Translations under genes and position numbers: made by a program
Part shown: piece by piece, positions 8,126 through 17,962 of the stretch
Numbering within the stretch: the stretch's first letter is position 1
Layout of the letters: every line of letters starts with the position of its first letter
Notes under the pieces: model-generated
What the model was told of the DNA's origin: nothing
What the model saw: the letters and a program-made list of their open reading frames with translations, nothing else
The model's database searches: none
Origin: an uncultured Haloferula sp.
GTDB taxonomy: Bacteria > Verrucomicrobiota > Verrucomicrobiia > Verrucomicrobiales > Akkermansiaceae
DNA length: 64,000 bases
Assembly: GCA_965652295.1 (NCBI GenBank)
Contig: CBFGTS010000011.1
Location: 101,246-165,245, forward strand
Direction of reading: 5' to 3'

Positions 8126-10387
8126 ATGAGTTCACCCACGCCCCCAGCTCCCGACCCGAAGCGCTTCGAGGTCTCGAAGCGAACGCTCTGGTTCGACCGG
8201 GTGATGACCCAGCTCATCCGCATCGGTGGACTGGCGGTGATCGTAGCGGTCTTCGGGATCTTCTTTTTCATCGTCCGCGAGATCATCCCGCTGTTTTCCG
8301 GTGCCCAGGTGGAGGCCGGAAAGATGGTGGAGACTCCCGGGGGAGCGCCGCTGGTTCTCGGTGTGGACGAGTGGGGCGAAATCCCCTTCCTCTACCGCGG
8401 CGGGGCCGAGGTGGTGTTCGTGGATATGGACGACGGCGAACGGGAAACCGTCGTCGTGCCTTCGCTCGAAGGCGTCGAGGTGACGGCGACGGCCTACGAT
8501 CCGGTGCACCGCCGCGTCAGTGTCGGCCTCGCCGATGGCCGGGTGGGTTCGTTCCTGGTGACCTATCGGGCGGAGTTCGCCGACGACGGAACCCGCTCGA
8601 TCCGCCCCGCTGTGGAAACCGAGCCATGGTTCGAGGTGACGGTGGGTGAAGGTGAGGTGAAGGCTCTTTCCTATGGCGATGGCGGAGCCAAGCGCCTGCT
8701 GGCGGTCGCCCGCGAGTCAGGTCTGGCCGCGCTGCGTCTCGGCCAGAAGCGCGCCCTCATCGGCAAGCCGAAACTCAGCCTTCTGGGAACCGCCGACCTC
8801 ACGGCGGATGTTCCTGTGGAGGTCGCTTCGGTGGTCGCCTCCCAGAACGGGGAGGCCCTGCTGGTGGCGGGCGAGGACGGCAAGGTCCGCTACTTCCACG
8901 AGGACGGCGGCGAGGTGACACTCCAACAGACCTTCGCTCCCTTTGGCGGAGTTCCGCCGGTGCGGATGGATTATCTCTTCGGGGGCGTGTCCGTGGCGAT
9001 GACCGATGCCGCGGGCGATCAGAAGATCTACAGTCTCTACCGGCCTCCCGGCTCCTCCGTCCGGCTCTTCGGGGAAACGAAGGAATTCGACAAGGTGGGT
9101 GGCGGCATGCCGATCTTCGCGCCCAGCCTTCGCAACAAGATCTTCCTCACGGGGGCCGGGGGAAACCTTTCGGTGCGGCACCTGACCTCGGGGTCGACCC
9201 GCTGGGAGGGCAGCGCGAATTTCGAACCGGTGGCTGCGACCATCGATGGCAAAACGGAGCACTTCTTTCTCGCTGGCGCGGAGGGTCAGATCCAGCGCTT
9301 CAAGCTGGAGGATCCGCATCCGGAGGCCGGCTGGCGCGCGTTCTTCGGGAAAGTCTGGTACGAGGGCGGCTCGGAGCCCGTGTTCCAGTGGCAGTCCACG
9401 GGCGGATCGGACGATTTCGAGCCCAAGCTTTCACTCATTCCCCTCGTGGTCGGCTCGCTGAAGGGAACCTTCTACGCGCTGCTGTTCTCCCTGCCCGTGG
9501 CCTTGCTCGCCGCGGTCTTTTCCGCCGCCTTCCTGCCTCAGGACATGAAGCGGGTGGTCAAGCCGGCGATGGAGATCATGGCATCGCTGCCCTCGGTGGT
9601 GCTCGGATTTCTCGCCGGGATCTGGCTGGCTCCGATCATCGAGGACAAGGTTCCGTCGATCCTGCTGGTGTGCCTTTCGCTGCCGGTCACCGCGTTGCTG
9701 GTGGGCGTCATCTGGAGCCGCCAGCCGATGAAGATCCGCGGCAAGTTCGAGGGCGGGCGTGAGTGGATGGTGCTGTTGCCGATCCTGCTGCTGGTCTCGT
9801 GGGCGGCGTGGGCGCTCGGGCCGGTATTGGAAGAGATCGCCTTCGTTTACCAAGAGCCCGGGAGTGGCAGGGAAATTGCCGACTTCCGCCTTTGGTGGCC
9901 CCAGGCGACCGGGCTTTCCTTCGACCAACGGAACTCGCTGGTGGTCGGCTTCATGATGGGCTTCGCGGTGATTCCGGTGATTTTCACGATCGCGGAAGAC
10001 GCGCTTTCGAACGTGCCGAAAACGCTCACCGCCGCCGCTTCCGCGCTCGGCGCGAGCCGCTGGCAGGTGGTCCGGACGGTGATCATTCCGGTGGCCTCGC
10101 CGGGGATCTTCTCCGCCGTGATGATCGGTTTCGGCCGCGCCGTGGGTGAAACGATGATCGTGGTGATGGCCACCGGCAACACGCCGGTCACCGAGTGGAA
10201 CATCTTCAGCGGCATGCGCACCCTCTCGGCGAACATCGCCGTGGAGCTGCCGGAAGCCGCCCCGGGCTCGACCCATTACCGCACGCTGTTCCTCGGCGCG
10301 CTGGTGCTTTTCATGCTGACCTTCATCCTCAACAGCGTGGCGGAAATCATGCGCCAGCGCCTGCGCGAGAAAAACAAGCTCGTCTGA
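8126..10387 (+). CDS. pstC: Phosphate ABC permease PstC, long form with a large extracytoplasmic insert
   Basis: C-terminal EIMASLPSVVLG, ALGASRWQ, GRAVGETMIV, RTLSANIAVE motifs. Confidence 0.9.
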   Translation: MSSPTPPAPDPKRFEVSKRTLWFDRVMTQLIRIGGLAVIVAVFGIFFFIVREIIPLFSGAQVEAGKMVETPGGAPLVLGVDEWGEIPFLYRGGAEVVFVDMDDGERETVVVPSLEGVEVTATAYDPVHRRVSVGLADGRVGSFLVTYRAEFADDGTRSIRPAVETEPWFEVTVGEGEVKALSYGDGGAKRLLAVARESGLAALRLGQKRALIGKPKLSLLGTADLTADVPVEVASVVASQNGEALLVAGEDGKVRYFHEDGGEVTLQQTFAPFGGVPPVRMDYLFGGVSVAMTDAAGDQKIYSLYRPPGSSVRLFGETKEFDKVGGGMPIFAPSLRNKIFLTGAGGNLSVRHLTSGSTRWEGSANFEPVAATIDGKTEHFFLAGAEGQIQRFKLEDPHPEAGWRAFFGKVWYEGGSEPVFQWQSTGGSDDFEPKLSLIPLVVGSLKGTFYALLFSLPVALLAAVFSAAFLPQDMKRVVKPAMEIMASLPSVVLGFLAGIWLAPIIEDKVPSILLVCLSLPVTALLVGVIWSRQPMKIRGKFEGGREWMVLLPILLLVSWAAWALGPVLEEIAFVYQEPGSGREIADFRLWWPQATGLSFDQRNSLVVGFMMGFAVIPVIFTIAEDALSNVPKTLTAAASALGASRWQVVRTVIIPVASPGIFSAVMIGFGRAVGETMIVVMATGNTPVTEWNIFSGMRTLSANIAVELPEAAPGSTHYRTLFLGALVLFMLTFILNSVAEIMRQRLREKNKLV

Positions 10388-10390
10388 TCC

Positions 10391-12010
10391 ATGGCATCTC
10401 CTTCCTCCACCTTCGCGACCACCGGTCGCTCCCGCACCGGCGAGCCGCTCGTTTGGCTCACCGCCGCGGGTCTTGCCATCGGCGTCATCCTCACCCTCGG
10501 TCTGCTCGGGCTGGTGGTGGTGAAAGGGCTTGAGACCTTCTGGCCGGGTCGGCTCGCGGTTTGGCAGATCGAGCGCGCGGGGCAGACGGAGCGGATCGCC
10601 GGCTACGAAGTGCAGGAACGTTTCCGCCGCGAACTGGACGGAACCCAGCATGCGGAAATCCAGGTATTTCGCGGCAACGCGGAACTCTTCGGGGAGAAGT
10701 TCGTCTATCTCGACGAGGCGGACGTGCTCGACGTGACGGCGCCGGACGATCTTCTGCTCGTCGAACGGCTGGAAGGCGGCCTGGTGATCGGGCGGGCGAA
10801 GGCGATCGAGATCGGCGGCGAGTCGATTGAACCGGGTGCCGGGAACTTCGAGGACCATCTGGAGGCGCTGATCGAGGAGAACGAGAAGCGACGAGAGGAG
10901 CTCAAGGAAATCGAGAAGCACGAAATCGGTCGCAACGCGAAGCTGGTGAAAGAGCTCCGGCTGCGCGAGAAGCTTGAGGGCGGAAGCGAGCGGACGAGTA
11001 AAGCGCTGGCTGCGTTGCAGCAGGAGTTCGAGAGACTCGACGACCAGCGAGGCGAGATTCGCGAAGAACTTGAGGCGGAGCATTTTGTGATCGAAGCCAT
11101 CGACGGCCGCGAGATCCGGATCGCCGGAGGAGATCTTCTTCATGTGTTCGCACCCAACGAAGCGGGCTTTTTCGGTCGACTCGGCGAAATGTGCCGTCGG
11201 ATCTGGAGCTTCCTTACCACCGATCCGCGCGAGGCGAACACGGAAGGCGGGGTTTATCCCGCGATCTTCGGAACGGTGGTCATGACGCTGGTGATGAGCG
11301 TCTTCGTGACGCCCTTCGGAGTGATCGCGGCGATCTATTTGCGCGAGTATGCCAAGCAGGGACCGTTGGTTCGGGCGGTGCGGATTTCGGTGAACAACCT
11401 CGCCGGCGTTCCTTCGATCGTCTTCGGCGTGTTCGGGCTCGCGTTCTTCATTTATTTCGTCGGCGGAGTGGTGGACGACTGGTTTTTCCCGACCAGCGAG
11501 GAACCCGTCTACAAGAGCGGCGGCATCCTTTGGGCGTCGCTAACGCTCGCCCTGCTCACGGTGCCGGTGGTGATCGTCGCCACCGAGGAAGCGCTCGCCG
11601 CCGTTCCGCGGGGTGTGCGGGAAGCGGCCCTGGCATCCGGAGCCTCCAAATGGCAGGCGATCCAGCGCGTGGTCCTGCCTGCCTCCCTCCCGGGCATCCT
11701 CACCGGCGTGATTCTCGCCATGGCGCGCGGGGCGGGGGAGGTCGCGCCGCTGATGCTGGTGGGCGTGGTGAAAAGCGCGCCGGACCTGCCGATCGATGGC
11801 ACCGCTCCGTTCATCCACGCGGAGCGCCAGTTCATGCACCTCGGTTTCCATATCTACGATCTCGGTTTCCAGTCGCCGGACTCCGAGGCGGCGAAGCCGA
11901 TGGTTTTCGCCACGACACTCCTTCTCATCGCGATCGTGGTGGTGATGAATCTCAGCGCGATCATCATTCGCAACCGCCTCCGCAAAAAGTACGCCACCAG
12001 TAGTTTCTGA
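10391..12010 (+). CDS. pstA: Phosphate ABC permease PstA, long form with a coiled-coil insert
   Basis: [29 protein letters not shown] motifs. Confidence 0.92.
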   Translation: MASPSSTFATTGRSRTGEPLVWLTAAGLAIGVILTLGLLGLVVVKGLETFWPGRLAVWQIERAGQTERIAGYEVQERFRRELDGTQHAEIQVFRGNAELFGEKFVYLDEADVLDVTAPDDLLLVERLEGGLVIGRAKAIEIGGESIEPGAGNFEDHLEALIEENEKRREELKEIEKHEIGRNAKLVKELRLREKLEGGSERTSKALAALQQEFERLDDQRGEIREELEAEHFVIEAIDGREIRIAGGDLLHVFAPNEAGFFGRLGEMCRRIWSFLTTDPREANTEGGVYPAIFGTVVMTLVMSVFVTPFGVIAAIYLREYAKQGPLVRAVRISVNNLAGVPSIVFGVFGLAFFIYFVGGVVDDWFFPTSEEPVYKSGGILWASLTLALLTVPVVIVATEEALAAVPRGVREAALASGASKWQAIQRVVLPASLPGILTGVILAMARGAGEVAPLMLVGVVKSAPDLPIDGTAPFIHAERQFMHLGFHIYDLGFQSPDSEAAKPMVFATTLLLIAIVVVMNLSAIIIRNRLRKKYATSSF

Positions 12011-12771
12011 TGCCCCGCGAAGATTTCATCGCCGTTGACCGCTTCAGCTTCTTCTACGGACAGAAGCAGGCGCTCTATGACATCGACATGGCGATTCCCG
12101 AGCGCCAGGTGACCGCCCTGATCGGCCCGTCCGGTTGTGGCAAGTCCACGCTGCTGCGGAACATGAACCGCATGAACGACCTGATCGACGGGGTGCGTCA
12201 CCAGGGGGACATCCGCCTGAATGGCCACAGCCTCTATGATCCGAAGGTCGAAGTGATTTCCCTGCGCAAGCGGGTGGGCATGGTGTTCCAGAAATACAAC
12301 CCGTTCGCGAAATCGATCTACGAAAACGTCGTCTTCAGCCTCCGCGTGGCGGGCCGCAACCGCAGGAAGGAACTGGATGAAGTGGTCGAGCGCTCGCTGC
12401 GTTCCGCGGCCCTGTGGGACGAGGTGAAGGACCGGCTTCACGAAAGCGCCTTCGGGCTTTCCGGCGGCCAGCAACAGCGCCTTTGCATCGCCCGGGCGAT
12501 CGCCAACCAGCCGGAGATCCTCCTGATGGACGAGCCTTGTGCGGCGCTGGATCCGACCGCCACGCTCAAGATCGAGTCGTTGATCCGCGAGCTGAAGGAG
12601 CAATTCACGATCGTGATCGTGACCCACAACATGGAGCAGGCCACCCGCTGTTCCGACCGCACCGCCTTCCTCTACATGGGCCGCTTGATCGAGTATGGCC
12701 CCACTCTCGAGGTGTTCGAGAACCCGAAGCAGGAGGACACCGAAGCCTACATTTCAGGACGATTCAGTTGA
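12010..12771 (+). CDS. pstB: Phosphate ABC transporter ATPase (copy 1)
   Basis: [28 protein letters not shown] motifs. Confidence 0.95.
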   Translation: MPREDFIAVDRFSFFYGQKQALYDIDMAIPERQVTALIGPSGCGKSTLLRNMNRMNDLIDGVRHQGDIRLNGHSLYDPKVEVISLRKRVGMVFQKYNPFAKSIYENVVFSLRVAGRNRRKELDEVVERSLRSAALWDEVKDRLHESAFGLSGGQQQRLCIARAIANQPEILLMDEPCAALDPTATLKIESLIRELKEQFTIVIVTHNMEQATRCSDRTAFLYMGRLIEYGPTLEVFENPKQEDTEAYISGRFS

Positions 12772-13553
12772 TGAGCGAGCATTCTCCAACGAGCCCGGAC
12801 GTGGCCATCGCCGTCGAGGATCTGGATTTCTGCTACGGCAGTTCACGCGCATTGAAGGAGATTTCCTTCGACATTCGAAGCCGGGAGATCGTCGCCTTCA
12901 TCGGACCTTCCGGCTGTGGTAAATCGACACTCCTCCGTTGTTTCAACCGCATGAACGACCTCGTGCCCGGAGCGCGGGTGACCAAGGGAACGATCCACAT
13001 CGACGGCCACGAGATCCACCGCCCGGAAGTCGATCCCGTGGAGCTGCGGCGACGGGTGGGGATGGTGTTCCAGAAGAGCAATCCGTTCCCGCGCTCGATC
13101 TATGAGAACGTCGCCTACGGCCCACGCCTCTCCGGAGTTTCCGACAAGAGCGAGCTGGATCCGGTCGTCGAGAACGCCCTGCGTGGCGCGGCGCTGTGGG
13201 ATGAAGTCAAGGACCGCCTTCATGAGAGTGCCTTCGGTCTCTCCGGTGGCCAGCAGCAGCGTCTCTGCATCGCCCGCACGATCGCGGTGAAGCCGGAAAT
13301 CGTGCTGATGGACGAGCCCTGCTCGGCGCTCGATCCGGTCGCCACCGCGAAAGTCGAGGAACTCATCCTGGAGCTGAAGCGGGACTACACGATCGTGATC
13401 GTGACCCACAACATGCAGCAGGCGACCCGAATCTCCGACCGGACCGCTTTCTTCTATCTGGGAGAGCTGGTTGAATTTGACGATACCACGACGATTTTCT
13501 CCAAACCCAAACGTTCCGAGACCGAGGACTACGTCACCGGGCGCTTCGGTTGA
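12771..13553 (+). CDS. pstB: Phosphate ABC transporter ATPase (copy 2)
   Basis: Same PstB motifs, ends [10 protein letters not shown]. Start reset to ATG 12771, which overlaps the upstream stop (TGATG). Confidence 0.95.
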   Translation: MSEHSPTSPDVAIAVEDLDFCYGSSRALKEISFDIRSREIVAFIGPSGCGKSTLLRCFNRMNDLVPGARVTKGTIHIDGHEIHRPEVDPVELRRRVGMVFQKSNPFPRSIYENVAYGPRLSGVSDKSELDPVVENALRGAALWDEVKDRLHESAFGLSGGQQQRLCIARTIAVKPEIVLMDEPCSALDPVATAKVEELILELKRDYTIVIVTHNMQQATRISDRTAFFYLGELVEFDDTTTIFSKPKRSETEDYVTGRFG

Positions 13554-13567
13554 TTCCCCATACTGCC

Positions 13568-14284
13568 ATGCCTCCGAATACTCCGCACATCATCCGTGAA
13601 TTCGACGATTCGATCCGCAAGCTCGCGGACAGCGTCATTTCCATGGGAAACCAAAGCCGACTGAACGTGCAGCGGGCGATCGAGGCGCTTCTCCAGAGAG
13701 ACCTCGACCGCTGCAAGGCGGTGATCGCGGATGACAACGACGTCGATGAGGCGGAACGTTCGGTCGATGCCATGGGGATGGACATCCTGCTCCGTTATCA
13801 CCCGGTGGCGCGCGACCTGCGGTTGGTGATCACCTCGATGAAGGCGGCGGCCAGCCTTGAGAGGATTTCCGATCACGCGGTGAACATCGCCAAGCGCGCG
13901 AAGAAGATGCTGGGCAAGGAGGAGGTGCGGGAGGTGCGGCTGATCGAGCCGGTCTTCCACATGGCGGACGAGCTTTTACGCGACGCGCTGGCTGCCTTTG
14001 CGGATCGCGATTCGAAGACAGGGCGCGACCTCCGGGGGCGCGACAAGGAACTCGATCGCGCCCACAAGAGGGTCATGGCCAGTCTGAGCGAACTTCTCGA
14101 AGAAGGCGGCGAGCATTCGGAAAGCTATCTCCACCTGATTTTCGTTGTCCGCTCGCTTGAGCGCGTTGGCGATCTTGCGGTGAACATCGGCGAAGACGCC
14201 GTGTTTCTCGATGTCGCGGAAGACATCCGCTACGGACACCGGAGAAACCGCTCCGGTTCCGAAGACGAGGAGAGCGACGCCTGA
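13568..14284 (+). CDS. phoU: Phosphate signalling protein PhoU
   Basis: PVARDLR, LERISDHAVNIA and LERVGDLAVNIGE repeats. Confidence 0.93.
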   Translation: MPPNTPHIIREFDDSIRKLADSVISMGNQSRLNVQRAIEALLQRDLDRCKAVIADDNDVDEAERSVDAMGMDILLRYHPVARDLRLVITSMKAAASLERISDHAVNIAKRAKKMLGKEEVREVRLIEPVFHMADELLRDALAAFADRDSKTGRDLRGRDKELDRAHKRVMASLSELLEEGGEHSESYLHLIFVVRSLERVGDLAVNIGEDAVFLDVAEDIRYGHRRNRSGSEDEESDA

Positions 14285-14316
14285 CACGTCCGGCAGACGT
14301 CGGGGGGAGCATTCGC

Positions 14317-14499
14317 TCAGTTCTTTTTCCGGGGTTTGCCCTTTCGTTTGGTGGAGGCCATGTCCTCGAGCTGATCTTCGTTCATCGACTCGTACATTCC
14401 TTTCGAGGCTCCTTTGAGGGACTTCTTCGGCGCGTCCCCCCGCTTGGCGGACAAGGCGGCTCCGGCGGCTTTCTGCTGCTGTTTTGATTTGGCTTTCAT
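14317..14499 (-). CDS. DUF3008-family small basic protein
   Basis: KSKQQQKAAGAALSAKRG...LKGASKGMYESMNEDQLEDMASTKRKGKP matches the DUF3008 pattern as I recall it. Alternative start at 14502. Confidence 0.8.
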   Translation of the reverse strand: MKAKSKQQQKAAGAALSAKRGDAPKKSLKGASKGMYESMNEDQLEDMASTKRKGKPRKKN

Positions 14500-14529
14500 C
14501 ATGAAGAACTGGGTTGAGGGAAGGCTGGC

Positions 14530-14544
14530 GCAGGGGGTGTGCCG
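14530..14544 (-). promoter_or_regulatory. Putative sigma54 -24/-12 promoter of the DUF3008 gene
   Basis: Minus strand CGGCACACCCCCTGC (GG-N10-GC). Confidence 0.5.
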
Positions 14545-14663
14545 GGCCCCGTGGCTTGAATCGCGGCCCATGGCGATGGATCAGGCGCTGCATTTCGCCA
14601 TGCTGGAGATGCAGATCGCGTGCGGGAGTGGCGTGTTGGCGGCGTGGAAGCGCGTTTTACGGC

Positions 14664-14678
14664 GGGCATGAGGATTGC
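14664..14678 (+). promoter_or_regulatory. Putative sigma54 -24/-12 promoter of ku-ligD
   Basis: GGGCATGAGGATTGC (GG-N10-GC, close to consensus TGGCACG-N4-TTGC). Confidence 0.6.
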
Positions 14679-14689
14679 GGTGGAGGTGG

Positions 14690-15568
14690 ATGGCCCGCTC
14701 GATTTGGAAAGGCTCCATCGCGTTCGGTTTGGTGAACATCCCGGTGTCTCTCACGTCCGCTGAATCGCGTCCGGATGTGCATCTGCACATGGTGGACAGC
14801 CGCAATCACGCACGCATCCGTTATGAGCGGGTCAATGCGGACACCGGCGAGGAGGTGCCGTGGGATCGGATCGTCAAAGCCTACGAGTACGATGACGGCC
14901 AGTTCATCCTGCTTTCGGAAGAGGAACTCGACGCGGTGCAGCCGAAGCTGACCAAGACGATCGAGATCAGCGATTTCGTGGCGTTGGAGGAGATCGATCC
15001 GTTGCTTTTCGACAAACCCTATTACCTGGAGCCCGAGAAGCGGGGCCGGAAGGCTTATGCCTTGTTGCGCGAGGCCCTGCGCAAAAGCGGCCGGGCGGGG
15101 ATCTCGCGGGTGGTGATCCGCACGCGGGAATACCTCTCCGCGATGTTTGTGCGGGACGATGCGCTGGTGCTCATGCTGCTGCGGTTTCCGCAGGAGCTGA
15201 GAGCGATCGGTAAACTGGATCTTCCTGCGGCCGATTCGAAAGAATGGAAGCCCGCGACGCGGGAGATGGATCTTGCCCTGCGTCTCATCGATGAGATGAC
15301 CACCGCCTGGAAACCCGAGGATTTTCACGATGAATACCGCGAGGCGCTGATGGACTTCATCGAGACGAAGATCGAGAAGGGAGATGCCGTGGCGGACGTG
15401 AAGGAAGGCACCGAAGAGCGGGAGCCGAGCGCCAACGTGGTCGATCTCGCAGCCTACCTGGAAAAGAGCGTGAAGGAACGTGGAGGCAAGAAGTCTGCAA
15501 AGAAATCTTCAAAGAAGACCACAAAGCATGCCGCCAAGAAAGCCCGCAAGAAGACCAAGTCGGCTTGA
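14690..15568 (+). CDS. ku: NHEJ protein Ku
   Basis: RSIWKGSIAFGLVNIPV, FDKPYYL, DEYREAL, NVVDL motifs and a Lys-rich tail. Confidence 0.95.
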   Translation: MARSIWKGSIAFGLVNIPVSLTSAESRPDVHLHMVDSRNHARIRYERVNADTGEEVPWDRIVKAYEYDDGQFILLSEEELDAVQPKLTKTIEISDFVALEEIDPLLFDKPYYLEPEKRGRKAYALLREALRKSGRAGISRVVIRTREYLSAMFVRDDALVLMLLRFPQELRAIGKLDLPAADSKEWKPATREMDLALRLIDEMTTAWKPEDFHDEYREALMDFIETKIEKGDAVADVKEGTEEREPSANVVDLAAYLEKSVKERGGKKSAKKSSKKTTKHAAKKARKKTKSA

Positions 15569-17861
15569 GGCCTATCAGGGCAAGCGCGACTTCAAGCAGA
15601 CGCCTGAACCGGCTCCCGGAAGAGAGCGGGCGGGGGGGCGGAGCTTCGTGATCCATGAGCACCATGCGCGTTCACACCACTTCGATCTGCGTTTGGAAAT
15701 GCATGGCGTCCTGGCGAGTTGGGCGGTGCCGAAAGGGGTTCCGGAAGAGGGCGGTTCCAAGCGGCTGGCGATTCAGGTCGAGGACCATCCGCTCGAATAC
15801 GGCTCCTTCGAAGGAGAGATTCCCAAGGGAAACTACGGTGCCGGAAAGGTGGAAATTTGGGATCGCGGCGAGTGGGAGCCGATCGGCGACGACTGGGAGC
15901 GGAGCCTCAAGCGCGGGAAGCTGAAATTCCGGATGCGGGGCGGGCGGCTTGACGGGAATTGGCTGCTGACGCGGATGGACGACGACGGGCCGAACTGGTT
16001 GCTGAGGCGGATTGGCGGCACGGCGGCAGTCGAAGCGACGGTGCCGGGGGAGGAGGAAACCGCCGGATTCCTCGAGCCTCAGCTTGCCCGGCCGGTGGCG
16101 ACGGTTCCGCGTGACGCCGGCTGGGTGCACGAGCTGAAGTACGACGGCTACCGTTTGATCGCGGTGAGGAGGCACGGGAAGGTGCGGCTTTTCACCCGCA
16201 GCCAACTCGATTGGACCGAGAGATTTCCGACGGTGGCGGAAGCGATCGCGGGCCTGCCCGGCGGGGATCTGGTGGTGGACGGCGAGGCGGTGGTTTTCGA
16301 CCGGGAGGGGCGGACGAGCTTCGGCATGCTGCAGGATGCTTTGACGAGGGCGACGGAAAAGATCGAGTTCGTGGTGTTCGACCTCCTGCACGCGGACGGC
16401 CGGAGCTTGCGGGACCTGCCGCTTGAGGAACGTCAGCACCGCCTTGCGGGGTTGATCCCTGAAGGGGAGGGCACGCTTTCGTTGTCGCGGGTGTGGCCGG
16501 GGGGGGAAGGGCCGTCGTTGTTTCGGCAGGCGTGCAAGTTGGGGCTTGAGGGCATCATCAGCAAGCAAGCCGGCGGACGCTACCTTGCCGGGCAGCGCAA
16601 GGCGTGGGGGAAATCCAAATGCCGGGCTCGGCAGGAGTTCGTGGTTTGCGGCTTCACCGATCCGCAGGGCTCCCGCACGCACTTCGGGGCGGTGGTTCTC
16701 GGAACCTATGAACACGGAGAACTGGTGCCGCGCGGGAAGGTCGGGACCGGTTTCAATGAGGCCTCGCGGGAAATGCTTCTATCCCGTCTGGAGCCGTTGC
16801 GGACGAAACAGAAGCACTTCCCGGACATGAGGGGCGTCCACTGGGTCGAGCCGGAGGTGGTGATCGAAGTGGAGTTCGCCGAGCTGACCGGCAGTGGTGC
16901 CGTGCGGCAGGGCAGCTTCGTGGGACTCCGGGAAGACAAGCCGGCGGCGGCGGTGCATGTCGAGGGTCCGGATCTGGGGTCGACCGCGAAGGACAAACCC
17001 ATCGTGGCCGGCCAGGTCGTGAGTCATCCGAACCGCGTGGTGTATCCTGGAGAGGGTATTACCAAGCTTGAGGTGGCGCGGTTCTTCGAGCGTATGGCGG
17101 AATGGATGCTGCCGCACGTGGCGGAGCGGCCGCTCGCACTGCTGCGAGCGCCGGAGGGGCTCGCAGGGCAGACGTTCTTCCAGAAGTCCTTCAAGAATAG
17201 CGTGCCGGAGCACGTCAGCCAGAAAACCTTGGAGGATGGGACGGAGGTGATCGTGATCCGCGATGTCGAGGGGCTGGTATCGTTGGCCCAACACGGGACT
17301 TTGGAGATCCACCCTTGGTTGGCTTCGGCGGCGCAGCCCGAGCGCCCCGACCAGGTGATCTGGGACCTCGATCCCCACAAGAGCGTGCCGTGGAAGGAAA
17401 CGCTCGGGACCGCCGTGGTCCTGCGGGATTTCCTGAGGGACCGCGGGCTCGATCCCGTGGTCAAACTATCGGGAGGAAAGGGCGTGCACGTCGTGCTCGT
17501 GGTGACACGGCGGCAACCGTGGAGCGTGATGAAGCCCTTCGCCAAACGCGTCGCCCAGGAAGTGGCGGAACTCAACCCACGACGACTCACCACCGTAGCG
17601 AGTCTGTCGAAGCGGGAGGGGAAGATCTACATCGACTGGCTGCGCAACGGCCGCGGCGCGACCTGCGTCGCACCGTGGTCGCTGCGCGCCCGTCCCGGGG
17701 CCACCGTGGCCGCACCGCTGGACTGGAGCGACCTTGGCGGGGCGGACCCCGGGAGTTTCACGCTGCGTTCCGCCTTCGAGTTGCCGGATGAGTGGCGGGA
17801 GCTGAGACCCCAGACGGTGCCGGTCGCCCTGTTGCGTGAACTGGGAGTGGATCCGGAGTGA
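15528..17861 (+). CDS. ligD: DNA ligase D (phosphoesterase, ligase and polymerase domains)
   Basis: HFDLRLE/SWAVPKG/EDHP (phosphoesterase); ELKYDGYR and EGIISK (ligase); WDLDP, SGGKGVH and YIDWLRN (polymerase). Confidence 0.95.
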   Translation: MPPRKPARRPSRLEAYQGKRDFKQTPEPAPGRERAGGRSFVIHEHHARSHHFDLRLEMHGVLASWAVPKGVPEEGGSKRLAIQVEDHPLEYGSFEGEIPKGNYGAGKVEIWDRGEWEPIGDDWERSLKRGKLKFRMRGGRLDGNWLLTRMDDDGPNWLLRRIGGTAAVEATVPGEEETAGFLEPQLARPVATVPRDAGWVHELKYDGYRLIAVRRHGKVRLFTRSQLDWTERFPTVAEAIAGLPGGDLVVDGEAVVFDREGRTSFGMLQDALTRATEKIEFVVFDLLHADGRSLRDLPLEERQHRLAGLIPEGEGTLSLSRVWPGGEGPSLFRQACKLGLEGIISKQAGGRYLAGQRKAWGKSKCRARQEFVVCGFTDPQGSRTHFGAVVLGTYEHGELVPRGKVGTGFNEASREMLLSRLEPLRTKQKHFPDMRGVHWVEPEVVIEVEFAELTGSGAVRQGSFVGLREDKPAAAVHVEGPDLGSTAKDKPIVAGQVVSHPNRVVYPGEGITKLEVARFFERMAEWMLPHVAERPLALLRAPEGLAGQTFFQKSFKNSVPEHVSQKTLEDGTEVIVIRDVEGLVSLAQHGTLEIHPWLASAAQPERPDQVIWDLDPHKSVPWKETLGTAVVLRDFLRDRGLDPVVKLSGGKGVHVVLVVTRRQPWSVMKPFAKRVAQEVAELNPRRLTTVASLSKREGKIYIDWLRNGRGATCVAPWSLRARPGATVAAPLDWSDLGGADPGSFTLRSAFELPDEWRELRPQTVPVALLRELGVDPE

Positions 17862-17935
17862 ACCATCTGCATTCCGCCCGTGCAGATTGCGCGGGGGTAG
17901 GAGCACTCATTCACGAGAATATCCCGATTTCCCTG

Positions 17936-17950
17936 CGGCACGACGGATGC
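17936..17950 (+). promoter_or_regulatory. Putative sigma54 -24/-12 promoter of the ferritin-like gene
   Basis: CGGCACGACGGATGC (GG-N10-GC). Confidence 0.55.
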
Positions 17951-17962
17951 GGGAGAGGCTCC

